Source of the DNA: Blastocatellia bacterium
GTDB lineage: Bacteria > Acidobacteriota > Blastocatellia > RBC074
Direction: 5' to 3'
Assembly: GCA_031398365.1 (NCBI GenBank)
Contig: JANNND010000325.1
Coordinates: forward strand, 1 to 45,990
Length of the DNA stretch: 45,990 nt
Positions 1 through 7,862 of this stretch are shown in pieces; the first letter of the stretch is position 1; each line of letters begins with the position of its first letter. Below the pieces are notes generated by a model, which did no database searches, was not told where the DNA came from, and saw only the letters and a list, made by a program, of their open reading frames with translations. The position numbers and the translations under genes were made by a program.

Positions 1-124
1 TTTGCGCTTCCTGCAAGGCGCGGTCAGTTGGTTCCTGGGCAAGCGTCAGGCGCAGGAAGGGCGCGGCGAGGAATAAAGCCAGGACCAGCAATACGCTGCT
101 GAGTGAAGTGACTCGCACGCCCAT
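1..124 (-). CDS. 5' end of an exported-protein gene that runs off the window (partial)
   Basis: Absent from the ORF track because there is no stop in the window. An ATG at 124-122 (reverse complement) opens a frame that stays open to base 1: MGVRVTSLSSVLLVLALFLAAPFLRLTLAQEPTDRALQEAQ. It is signal-peptide-like (basic n-region, hydrophobic core, LA-QE). No clear Shine-Dalgarno (SD). Confidence 0.35.
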   Translation of the reverse strand, partial: MGVRVTSLSSVLLVLALFLAAPFLRLTLAQEPTDRALQEAQ

Positions 125-171
125 AAATGTTACGGATGGAAACGGTATTGACTGACCGATTCATTTTGCGC

Positions 172-747
172 CTAACGCGCCGTCTTCTTTTCAGGATTTC
201 CTTGCAATGAGTCCAGCCAATCCACCAACGTCTTCGCACTCGGCGCTAAATTCTCGTAGCTCCAATCACCTTGCACGCGCAACGGTATATCCTTGTAACG
301 ATTGGTCACCTCATCAAACACATAGCACCGACAAACGTTCGACCCCATATCAGCGCCGCTTTGTTTGCGTTTGGACAGCTTCCCCTGGCTGGCCGCAGCA
401 AGCAGCTTGAGGTTGGCTTGCCATTCCTGCGGCTCAATTTTTCGGATGAGTTTTTTGCCGTGACCGTATTTGTCTGCCAGCTCTTCAGCGCTCGGCGCAT
501 CGCCTTGTTTCGGCGCCCAGGGTTTATCTTTGGGCTGATAGCTGTAGCTGTACAGATTGCCTTCAGCATCCACGTAAATGCCCTGATGTTGATAGCCCCA
601 GGCAAAATTCGTGTAGCTTCGTTCGCAATAAACTTTGTTTGTATTCAGCGTCGGCGAGGTGTTCTGAGTTGGCGTATTGGTCACTGTGGTGCCGCCGTAG
701 TTAACGAACACGCTCAGCAAAATTAAGATCATAGATAGATAATTCAT
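172..747 (-). CDS. small secreted hypothetical protein (191 aa)
   Basis: I trimmed track ORF 172..1044 to the internal ATG at 747 (MNYLSMILILLSVFVNYGG..., a hydrophobic signal). An SD GGGAGAAGGA sits just upstream. The longer version would read through the upstream gene's terminator and 3' end. I recognise no family. Confidence 0.6.
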   Translation of the reverse strand: MNYLSMILILLSVFVNYGGTTVTNTPTQNTSPTLNTNKVYCERSYTNFAWGYQHQGIYVDAEGNLYSYSYQPKDKPWAPKQGDAPSAEELADKYGHGKKLIRKIEPQEWQANLKLLAAASQGKLSKRKQSGADMGSNVCRCYVFDEVTNRYKDIPLRVQGDWSYENLAPSAKTLVDWLDSLQGNPEKKTAR

Positions 748-787
748 TGTTCCTTCTCCCTCTATTTCTGGTCCGATGATAGGCCGA

Positions 788-826
788 AAATCAGCCTGAG
801 ACAAAAGTTTTGTCTCAGGCTGATTT
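788..826 (-). terminator. intrinsic terminator hairpin downstream of the M4 protease gene
   Basis: Perfect 19-nt arms, aaatcagcctgagacaaaa / ttttgtctcaggctgattt, around one central base. T-rich flank on the transcribed (minus) sense. It lies 25 nt after the stop at 851. Confidence 0.7.
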
Positions 827-850
827 GGTTGCCGTCCGGCGTTGCTTGGT

Positions 851-3538
851 TTACTTCTCCGTCGTAACAATTTGCGTCCAGAAGCCAAACTCACCTGCCC
901 CAAAACTCTGTGTTTGGACAAAGCTACCGTCACTGGCGAAGTGACCGATGGCACCCGACCTGTCGTTCTGGCTGTAAAAGAACAGTCCGTTCGCGGTGGG
1001 CACCAGATTTGTCCAGCCGGGGTAAAAGAACATGTGCGCCCCATAAGTCTGCTTCACGCTCAGTTGACCAATGCAGGATGAAACCAGGTAAATGCTGCGC
1101 CCAATTCTGGCGATGGCGGCAGCCCCATTGTCCGGGTTGTAGAAGAAGAAATTGCCGTCAGACACAACAATCTTTTTATATCCCGGCGTCAATCGTGCGG
1201 CGCAGCTTGTCAACGCAGTGTTGACGTATTTCCCCGCGCTATCTACCAGACCGAGCGCGTAGCTCCCGGAGGTGTTGTTGTAGAGCACAACATCCGCGCC
1301 TTGCACAACGACTTGATCGTAGCCCGCTGCCAGATGGCGCAACTTGCCGTCCGTCTGACTTAGCAATCCGTTGGGCTGCACATTGACCACCGCGACAGTG
1401 CCATCCGCACGGTTGTAAAAGAACATGCCGTACTTCGTGTCTACGATATGCGTCCAGGGCGAGAACGCGCCCGCACCAAAGCTTTGTGTTTTGAAGAGCT
1501 GACCGGAACTTGTATTGACGGCGCCTACGAAGCCGCTGCGATCAGAACTGTTGAAGAAGAAAACATGCTTATCGGTCGCTACCACGTGCGTTACATAACG
1601 AGGCAGATACCCATTGTTGACAGTCTCCAGATTGCCATCCTGATCCATCTTGGCGACGGCATATAGACCCGTGCTCGCATTATAAAAGAGCAGGTAGTTG
1701 GCTATCGGGACAATGTTCGACCACTGACTAGAAAGCGAATAGCTCTGTTGCCAGCCAAACTGACCTTCGTCCGTCACCTGCACTGCCGCTGCCGCGCCAT
1801 TCTGTGCGTTATAGAACAATAAATGTGCGCCGCTCACGCCGACTGCTTCCCATGCGGCTTCGGTCGCGCGATGTTCGCGGCTGTTCGGGCCAAACAGATC
1901 AACCGCCGCGTTCACGCTCGCCACGCGAGCATCATAGAAATTCGCCGACGGGAAAAGGTAATACACCAGCGCGCGCCAGAAAATCAGTTCGGCATTGCGA
2001 CGGCCAATGCTGTTGACAGTAATGTTGGTGACCTGATGTGTGCCGCCTTGCGCCAACAGGAAGAACGCATTGTTCATAATTCCGCTGTTCGTGTGAACAC
2101 CGCAGTCATCATTATAATCAGGCGCTTTGACATCACCGACAGGATTACACGCTCCCTGATAAAGCCGAGTGCTGTAATGAAATGACAGGTCACCCATGTT
2201 GCGCATCGCATCGCCTGCCGTTCCTGGCGTGAAGCAATCTTCACCGATTAAATAATCCGGGCTTTGGTTCGCATAAAACTCGACCGCCGTGCCGAAGATG
2301 TCAGAGAACGATTCGTTGAGCGCGCCGGATTCCTTCGCGTAAATCAAACTTGCCGTTCGGTCGGTGACGCCGTGCGTGAATTCGTGCCCCACGATGTCGA
2401 GCGAAACGAGCGGATTGAACATTGAGCCATCACCATCACCATACGTGAGGCGATTGCTGTTCCAGGAATAAAACGCGTTGTTGTAATTCGAGCCGTAATG
2501 CACGCGGCTTTCAACCGCGCCGCCATAGCCATCCATCCCGCGTCGTCCTAAAACACTAGAGAAATAATCCCACGACTTCTGAATACCGAATTGCGCATCC
2601 ACAGCGGCGGATTGATTGTTGTCTGTCGTCCCATCGCCCCAACTGTCAGTCGAACTTAAAAAGACACCTGTTGGGCTGTTCTCCGCACCATTCATATTGA
2701 AGACGCCAGAGTTGCCGCGCGCCAGATCGCGCATTTGATACGTCGCACCAAACAATCCGCTCGGCGGTACGTAAACCGAAGGAACGCCCACATAGCCCGA
2801 ATACAAACCACGCCCCGTGCCGTGCGGCATACTGTTGTAATGCCACACAATCTGCCCGTCCTGCGCGTTGACGAAATATTGATGCGCGGCGGTGGCGTCC
2901 GTGCCGTCTTCGATCTGCAATATAACTTGATAGGTCAATGTCGCCTCGGTCGCCGCTTTTTCCTGGAAGATGCGGTGCGGCAAGATGACCAAGTTAGCAG
3001 TCGGTGGTGTAATGAATTCACCGTTGAAATTGAGGGCCGCTTTGGCATTCTCAATTGCCTGCTCGGCGGTAATGGCAGGCGTCGTCTCCACGTTCTTGAC
3101 ATCGAAACTGCGCCCGCCAACCGTCGCTTCTTCATCACCTTTGACGTGCGAAAGCAATTGGCTGCCAAAGACTTCGACGCCGCGATGTTTTTGCGTGAGA
3201 CGCAGGTGCGTTTGCCCCAAATCATCCTGCTCGGCGGAGCGCAACGTCAAATCCGTCGCAACGTCTTCGAGCGCCAGTTTGTCGCGCATCGCCGTAAGCC
3301 GCGTCAGGCTGCGCCGGGTAGCGTTCCTGACCCAATCCGGGCGACGTTGATCCTGCGTTTCCAACGATTGATTTTCGGCATTTTTGTCAGCGCGCCAGTT
3401 TCTCATCATCTGACCGCGCCGGTTTGGTTGGATTCTGGTTTGTCTGTCGTTCTGCGCCTGCGCCGGAAGCGCAGGCAACAGCAGGCTGAGTAGCATGGTA
3501 AAGGTTAAGGTTAAGGCTGTGATTTTTTTGGTGTTCAT
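851..3538 (-). CDS. secreted M4 (thermolysin-family) zinc metalloprotease with a C-terminal repeat (propeller-like) domain, 895 aa
   Basis: Signal peptide MNTKKITALTLTFTMLLSLLLPALPAQA. HEFTH is at 2372-2386 (reverse complement CAC GAA TTC ACG CAC), followed by GALNESFSDIFG, matching the thermolysin HExxH...NExxSD signature. The N-terminal propeptide-like region resembles FTP/PepSY. The C-terminal 325 aa carry 7-8 repeats of (L/F)(L/F)FYN..(D/N)G. SD GGGAGAA. Confidence 0.9.
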   Translation of the reverse strand: MNTKKITALTLTFTMLLSLLLPALPAQAQNDRQTRIQPNRRGQMMRNWRADKNAENQSLETQDQRRPDWVRNATRRSLTRLTAMRDKLALEDVATDLTLRSAEQDDLGQTHLRLTQKHRGVEVFGSQLLSHVKGDEEATVGGRSFDVKNVETTPAITAEQAIENAKAALNFNGEFITPPTANLVILPHRIFQEKAATEATLTYQVILQIEDGTDATAAHQYFVNAQDGQIVWHYNSMPHGTGRGLYSGYVGVPSVYVPPSGLFGATYQMRDLARGNSGVFNMNGAENSPTGVFLSSTDSWGDGTTDNNQSAAVDAQFGIQKSWDYFSSVLGRRGMDGYGGAVESRVHYGSNYNNAFYSWNSNRLTYGDGDGSMFNPLVSLDIVGHEFTHGVTDRTASLIYAKESGALNESFSDIFGTAVEFYANQSPDYLIGEDCFTPGTAGDAMRNMGDLSFHYSTRLYQGACNPVGDVKAPDYNDDCGVHTNSGIMNNAFFLLAQGGTHQVTNITVNSIGRRNAELIFWRALVYYLFPSANFYDARVASVNAAVDLFGPNSREHRATEAAWEAVGVSGAHLLFYNAQNGAAAAVQVTDEGQFGWQQSYSLSSQWSNIVPIANYLLFYNASTGLYAVAKMDQDGNLETVNNGYLPRYVTHVVATDKHVFFFNSSDRSGFVGAVNTSSGQLFKTQSFGAGAFSPWTHIVDTKYGMFFYNRADGTVAVVNVQPNGLLSQTDGKLRHLAAGYDQVVVQGADVVLYNNTSGSYALGLVDSAGKYVNTALTSCAARLTPGYKKIVVSDGNFFFYNPDNGAAAIARIGRSIYLVSSCIGQLSVKQTYGAHMFFYPGWTNLVPTANGLFFYSQNDRSGAIGHFASDGSFVQTQSFGAGEFGFWTQIVTTEK
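854..1828 (-). repeat. coding repeats: 7-8 units of about 45 aa with a (L/F)FYNxxxG motif (putative beta-propeller blades) at the M4 protease C-terminus
   Basis: Motifs LLFYNAQNG, LLFYNASTG, VFFFNSSDRSG, MFFYNRADG, VVLYNNTSG, FFFYNPDNG, (MFFYPGW), LFFYSQNDRSG, each followed by a hydrophobic strand and a ..G..F/L segment. They span aa 571-895. Confidence 0.7.
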
Positions 3539-3627
3539 GTGTTCTCCCTCTGTTCTTAATTGAATATGTTATTGCTCTTACAACAGTGGCTTCCACTGTC
3601 ACTACGTACTGGGAGAAGGTGAGAAAG

Positions 3628-3635
3628 CATGTCGC
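3628..3635 (-). promoter_or_regulatory. copy 1 of the recurrent intergenic motif GCGACATG (minus-strand sense), 90 nt upstream of the M4 protease start
   Basis: Minus-sense context: CGAATTCTGCGACATGCTTTCTC. See findings. Confidence 0.3.
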
Positions 3636-3660
3636 AGAATTCGTAAGATAGGCAGCAAAA

Positions 3661-3711
3661 GAAAAAAGCAGGGAGCAGACCCTGGCAAAATTACCAGAGC
3701 CTGCTCCCTGC
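3661..3711 (-). terminator. rho-independent terminator of the LGFP-repeat hydrolase gene
   Basis: Minus-sense GCAGGGAGCAG-(22 nt)-CTGCTCCCTGC with perfect 11-bp arms at 3668-3678 / 3701-3711, followed by TTTTTTCTTTTG. It lies 25 nt after the stop at 3736. Confidence 0.8.
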
Positions 3712-3735
3712 CCGCGACAGCGCTTGATGGAGTAG

Positions 3736-6700
3736 TTAGCGCGTGGCGTACGCTCCTGTATTTGGATACCAGTAAATGGTTCCACCTTGAAAACGATTCA
3801 TGCGGCCACGTCCATCGGGCGTGGCAATTTCATCGGTTAGAGGATAGCCGAGGAAGCTTCGTTCCCATCCCATTCCTGCCCATTTCTCCCGAATCGCACC
3901 GTGGACTTCATACGCCCCAACACTGGATTTGTAATAAATGGAGCCACCGTTTTGAAAGTGCTGATAGTAGCCGCCATCAGGCGTTCGTCGCTCCTCATCT
4001 GCCGGATAGCCAAAGCCCGCTTCTCGCCCTAATTGATTGTATTTCTCGCCAATCTTGCCAAGCACCACAAAAAGCTGTCCTTGCGGTGTGAAATAAATTG
4101 ATCCGTATTGGAAATGACTGACGCGCCCGCCACCAGCGGCTGGTCGTTCGTCCGAAACCGGATAGCCTAAAGCGCTGCTAACACCACCGAGGCTAAGCCA
4201 TTTCGCCTTGATAGAACCATGCACTTCAAACGCGCTCTTACCCGGCAGAACATAGATTGAACCACCATTCTCGAAATCCTGTCCCCAACCACCGCCTGGC
4301 AAGGGCTTTTCGTCACCAATCGGGTAGCTAAAGCCAGGGCCACGACCTAAGGCATTCCACTTTGCTCCAATCGCACCATAGAGGGCAAAGGTCTGCGTGC
4401 GCGACTTCCAATAGATAAATCCATATTGAAACTCATTGTAGCGCCAGCCATTCCCGGCTGCCTTCTCATCACTCGTCGGATAACCGAGCGGGCTTTTCAC
4501 CCCACCCAGGCCGAGCCATTTGAGTCGAATATCGCCGTGAATTTCAAAAGCGCCAGTTCCCGGCAAGGCATAAATTGCGCCACCATTCTCAAAATCGTTA
4601 TAAAAGCCGATGCCATCAGGTGCGCTTTGTTCATCACTGATGGGATAGCCGTATCCCTGTTCTCGTCCCAACGCATTCCATTTTTCACCAATCATGCCGT
4701 AAACCGCATAGGTCTGGAGGGGCGATTTCCAATAAATGAAGCCCGCCTCAAATTCATTGTATCGTCCACCTCGGGCCGCCGCCGTTTCACTTGTCGTAGG
4801 CATGCCGAGTGGACTTTGATCTGCGCCCAGTTCTTCCCACTTATCGCGAATATCTCCATAGAGTAAATGGGGAAGCGTGGGTGGAGTCCATTGCTGAATT
4901 ACCAAATCATCAAACTTGGCGGTGGATTTGTAGTTTGTCAGTCCGAAGCGTCCGCTGGCGTAAGGGGATTTGTCCAAAACATCCATGACACGATTGCCAT
5001 CCAAAAAGACCTGAATCCGTGCGCCGTTGGCGATGACCATCAGTTGATAGGGATGGTTCGTCCATACTGGCATTTGATACTGGGAAATCACCTGATACGG
5101 TCTACGCGCAATTTTAATACGCCCTTCAGCTTGCGAAAGGATAACGTCGTAGCCCTTCGTATAATCCTCCCGTACATCTTCCACTTTGTTTGCAAGTTTG
5201 AATTCACTGCCCAGGCGGAAGCTCACACCAGCCTCTGCGCCGCTAATGACCATAACGGTTGCGCTGAAAGTAAAGTTAGCGCCGGTTTGCTTGTCATACG
5301 TCAGAGTAGCGGCGGACTGCGGCGCACTCGAAACCATGGAAGCTCCCAACATTGACCAGTTACCATCGTAAGGAGTCCAGCTATTACGCCAGTTTCCCTT
5401 GAAGCCGGAAAAGATAGTGGGGTCAAATTGCGTGACTGGATAAATTGTTGGAGCAGGGCTGTCGGACAAAGTGACCCGCTGCAAAACACGCAAGCCTTGT
5501 GTTGAATTTCCCCCTCCGATTCGCACGGGTAAAGATTGCCCTGAACTCGTGAAAGTTTCTTGCGTGAGGACGTCTATCCAAGGGGAGTCTGACGGGTCAT
5601 TGTCGAGCGTCAGAGTCACATTTTGCGAGTATTGAGAAGTGTTCACGAGCGTGATGATCTGGTTTTGCGAGCCTTGATAATAATAAGCAACAACCTCCGG
5701 GCGATTCGGCTTGGGCTGATATTGCTGCTGCCCATAAATCAACGCATCTTTATACGTCCGTCGGGTATCCAGCAGGTTTTTGATATGGCTCCGGTTAATA
5801 TCCATAAAATTATTGTTGGTTCCCCTGGGAATACACGGCGAGCACAAGGCAAGATTGTGTCCTGCCGCATACACTTGATGCAGTTCGCCAAGCGTGCGTC
5901 CATTGCTGTAATAATTCACATTCGGCATCGCATAGCGCACGGGAGAGGCAATAATCTTTTCCTGATTGGCATTCTTCAGCCAATCGAATTCAAAATCACC
6001 GCTGAAACCGCCATCCACGTGGCGTCCGATTGGCCCACTTGTCGTTTCCGAAATCACCACCGCCTCCGGGTTAATGGCACGCACGGCGGCGCGGACACGA
6101 TCTACTAACCGTAAGGCAGCTTGGCTAAAGTCGGCGGGATTATATTTGATTCCTTCTGCTCTGGTTTGAATGGCCCAGTTCGTCTGCCAGCCCCACGAGT
6201 CCAGCATAACGCCATCGGCACCATATTCGCCGACCAACCGTTGTGCAATTTTTACAACCTCATCCTGCCAGGGAACAAATGCGGCATTCATAATTTGATA
6301 CGAATCGTGCAGCTTTACGCCATTATCCACATATTCCCCATAGACCTGACGATCAAATCTATCCTTCAGATTTCCTCCGAGGTGGTCAAAGCTGCTCCAG
6401 GCCTTTCCCTTATCCTGCGCGCGGCGAATCAGCGTTCGCGGATAGGTGATGAATGGTTCAAGGTAAAGAATAACCTTACCGCCCGTTTCATAATTCTGAT
6501 CCTGGGTATTGTGAATCGCTTGGATTGCTTCGGCTAAAGCAGCGCCGCCGCCCAAGTCGGCTCTGGGGAGATATTCACCTTTGAAAAAATACTCGCGGTC
6601 AGCAGGCCCATCCCAATAATCATGGAGATACACCACATTTGACCCGAGTGCTCTGGCCTCTTGCAAAAGTTTGGGGAGTTCAGAAAAGTGATTGATTCGT

Positions 6701-7689
6701 CCCTTGAGCGGAACTGCATTGTAGTGCAAATAAATGCCGCCTGCGCCGCCGCCACCAAAGGTATAAATGCCACCGGCTTCTTTCAGCCACGCCGGAGTAT
6801 CAGGGAAGTTCCAATTCCCCTGGTGGCGCGCAAGATAATAGTCCACAGCAACGTGCCAATCCCCGCTCGCATGCACACCGATAGCAAGTTCTGGCGCTGC
6901 GACCTGCTGATTGGGTTTCAGATAAGAAATCCAAAATCCGGCCACTTCTTCAGTGGAAAGCGTGAGTTGGATTGGAGCGGTGTCCTGATCCAAATCACCA
7001 CTGACATCGGCAAAAAAGATGCCGCCTCGACCATCCTGATCATACAGGCTAGCTACCTCCATTGTGTTGGCTCCTGCTTCCGCAGGCAACCCAACGCCAA
7101 TATTGAATGGCATACCAAACTTGATGCCCGGACGCAAAGGAGAAACGGAACCGATTTCTTGTGGGATCGTCCCCATCATCCGATCAGGATTGGCTGTTCT
7201 TACTCCCTTGATTTTGGGAAGTACGGTGCGCAGGAAAAGTTTATTACTGCTCAGGTTAGTAGCACTAAAGCGCATAATCACCGCTGCACCATCAGGCGCG
7301 AGACTAAGCTCAAGGCGAAATCGCAACGGTTCGTTTATGGCTCTGGCGATAATGATTAAATTTGCATCACCCCCACTCACCTGCTCCACCTGCGTGCCAT
7401 TATTACTTTGGTAGGCAGTGCCATTATTGACCGCATACTCAAACAGCGAAGAAGGCGCTGGTAGATGATCCACGTTGCTAACCCGGTTATAAATCCGCGT
7501 GACCGTGATGCCATTGCTCAAATTAAGTTCAAGCAACATCTTTTCATTTTGGACGATTTGCCTGGAATTTCCGGCAGGCGCCGCTTGCACAGAAACGCTG
7601 GCAGCGGGTAATAACAGAATAATAATTGACAGGCCGATCCCTGCTATCCAGTAGAAAGTTGTATGCTCGAAGCTATTTGTTTTGCGCAT
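3736..7689 (-). CDS. large secreted multidomain protein (1317 aa): N-terminal unknown region, TIM-barrel glycoside-hydrolase-like region, concanavalin/LamG-like (DUF1080-type) domain, and 7 C-terminal LGFP repeats
   Basis: Signal peptide MRKTNSFEHTTFYWIAGIGLSIIILLLPAASVSVQA and SD AAGGAA. The central segment ...GADGVMLDSWGW... looks like a glycosidase barrel, but the family is not assignable by eye. The ...GRFGLTNYKSTAKFDDLVIQQW end is typical of DUF1080/LamG-like jelly rolls. The C-terminus has LGFP-type repeats. Confidence 0.8.
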   Translation of the reverse strand: MRKTNSFEHTTFYWIAGIGLSIIILLLPAASVSVQAAPAGNSRQIVQNEKMLLELNLSNGITVTRIYNRVSNVDHLPAPSSLFEYAVNNGTAYQSNNGTQVEQVSGGDANLIIIARAINEPLRFRLELSLAPDGAAVIMRFSATNLSSNKLFLRTVLPKIKGVRTANPDRMMGTIPQEIGSVSPLRPGIKFGMPFNIGVGLPAEAGANTMEVASLYDQDGRGGIFFADVSGDLDQDTAPIQLTLSTEEVAGFWISYLKPNQQVAAPELAIGVHASGDWHVAVDYYLARHQGNWNFPDTPAWLKEAGGIYTFGGGGAGGIYLHYNAVPLKGRINHFSELPKLLQEARALGSNVVYLHDYWDGPADREYFFKGEYLPRADLGGGAALAEAIQAIHNTQDQNYETGGKVILYLEPFITYPRTLIRRAQDKGKAWSSFDHLGGNLKDRFDRQVYGEYVDNGVKLHDSYQIMNAAFVPWQDEVVKIAQRLVGEYGADGVMLDSWGWQTNWAIQTRAEGIKYNPADFSQAALRLVDRVRAAVRAINPEAVVISETTSGPIGRHVDGGFSGDFEFDWLKNANQEKIIASPVRYAMPNVNYYSNGRTLGELHQVYAAGHNLALCSPCIPRGTNNNFMDINRSHIKNLLDTRRTYKDALIYGQQQYQPKPNRPEVVAYYYQGSQNQIITLVNTSQYSQNVTLTLDNDPSDSPWIDVLTQETFTSSGQSLPVRIGGGNSTQGLRVLQRVTLSDSPAPTIYPVTQFDPTIFSGFKGNWRNSWTPYDGNWSMLGASMVSSAPQSAATLTYDKQTGANFTFSATVMVISGAEAGVSFRLGSEFKLANKVEDVREDYTKGYDVILSQAEGRIKIARRPYQVISQYQMPVWTNHPYQLMVIANGARIQVFLDGNRVMDVLDKSPYASGRFGLTNYKSTAKFDDLVIQQWTPPTLPHLLYGDIRDKWEELGADQSPLGMPTTSETAAARGGRYNEFEAGFIYWKSPLQTYAVYGMIGEKWNALGREQGYGYPISDEQSAPDGIGFYNDFENGGAIYALPGTGAFEIHGDIRLKWLGLGGVKSPLGYPTSDEKAAGNGWRYNEFQYGFIYWKSRTQTFALYGAIGAKWNALGRGPGFSYPIGDEKPLPGGGWGQDFENGGSIYVLPGKSAFEVHGSIKAKWLSLGGVSSALGYPVSDERPAAGGGRVSHFQYGSIYFTPQGQLFVVLGKIGEKYNQLGREAGFGYPADEERRTPDGGYYQHFQNGGSIYYKSSVGAYEVHGAIREKWAGMGWERSFLGYPLTDEIATPDGRGRMNRFQGGTIYWYPNTGAYATR
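3739..4857 (-). repeat. 7 tandem LGFP-type repeats (53-54 aa each), coding
   Basis: Repeats start GDIRDKWEELG, GMIGEKWNALG, GDIRLKWLGLG, GAIGAKWNALG, GSIKAKWLSLG, GKIGEKYNQLG and GAIREKWAGMG. Each contains (L/F)G(Y/M)P ... F(E/Q)xG.IY ... G, matching the Pfam LGFP repeat pattern as I remember it. Confidence 0.75.
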
Positions 7690-7798
7690 TTTGATTCCTT
7701 TTGTGACTTAACATTTTGGGTCAGCATTGCTGTATCCACCTGAATCCAGCTTAAGTCTTGTACTTGCTTTCATTGCCTACTGGTCAAAATGGCAAAAG

Positions 7799-7806
7799 CA
7801 TGTCGC
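7799..7806 (-). promoter_or_regulatory. copy 2 of the GCGACATG motif, 110 nt upstream of the LGFP-hydrolase start
   Basis: Minus-sense context: GCGCAGAAATTTGTCGCCGACGCGACATGCTTTTGCC. It also contains the GTCGC-CGAC-GCGAC mini-palindrome. Confidence 0.3.
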
Positions 7807-7862
7807 GTCGGCGACAAATTTCTGCGCTTCATTCTTATTTTGGTTTATTTTTATGGATGAGT

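Noticed and set aside
172-1044. Long (290-aa) version of the first track ORF
   Set aside because: The first 99 codons overlap the M4 protease 3' end and run through a perfect 19-bp terminator palindrome. An internal ATG at 747 has a strong SD and starts a signal peptide, so I trimmed to 172..747.
2735-3493. Long antisense ORFs inside large genes, for example 2735..3493(+), 9636..10289(+), 15479..16120(+), 20678..21169(+), 23456..23986(+), 26435..27190(+), 35836..36387(+), 39729..40154(-)
   Set aside because: All lie opposite genes with strong family signatures, are Arg/Ala/Ser-rich shadow frames, lack SDs and lack recognisable domains.
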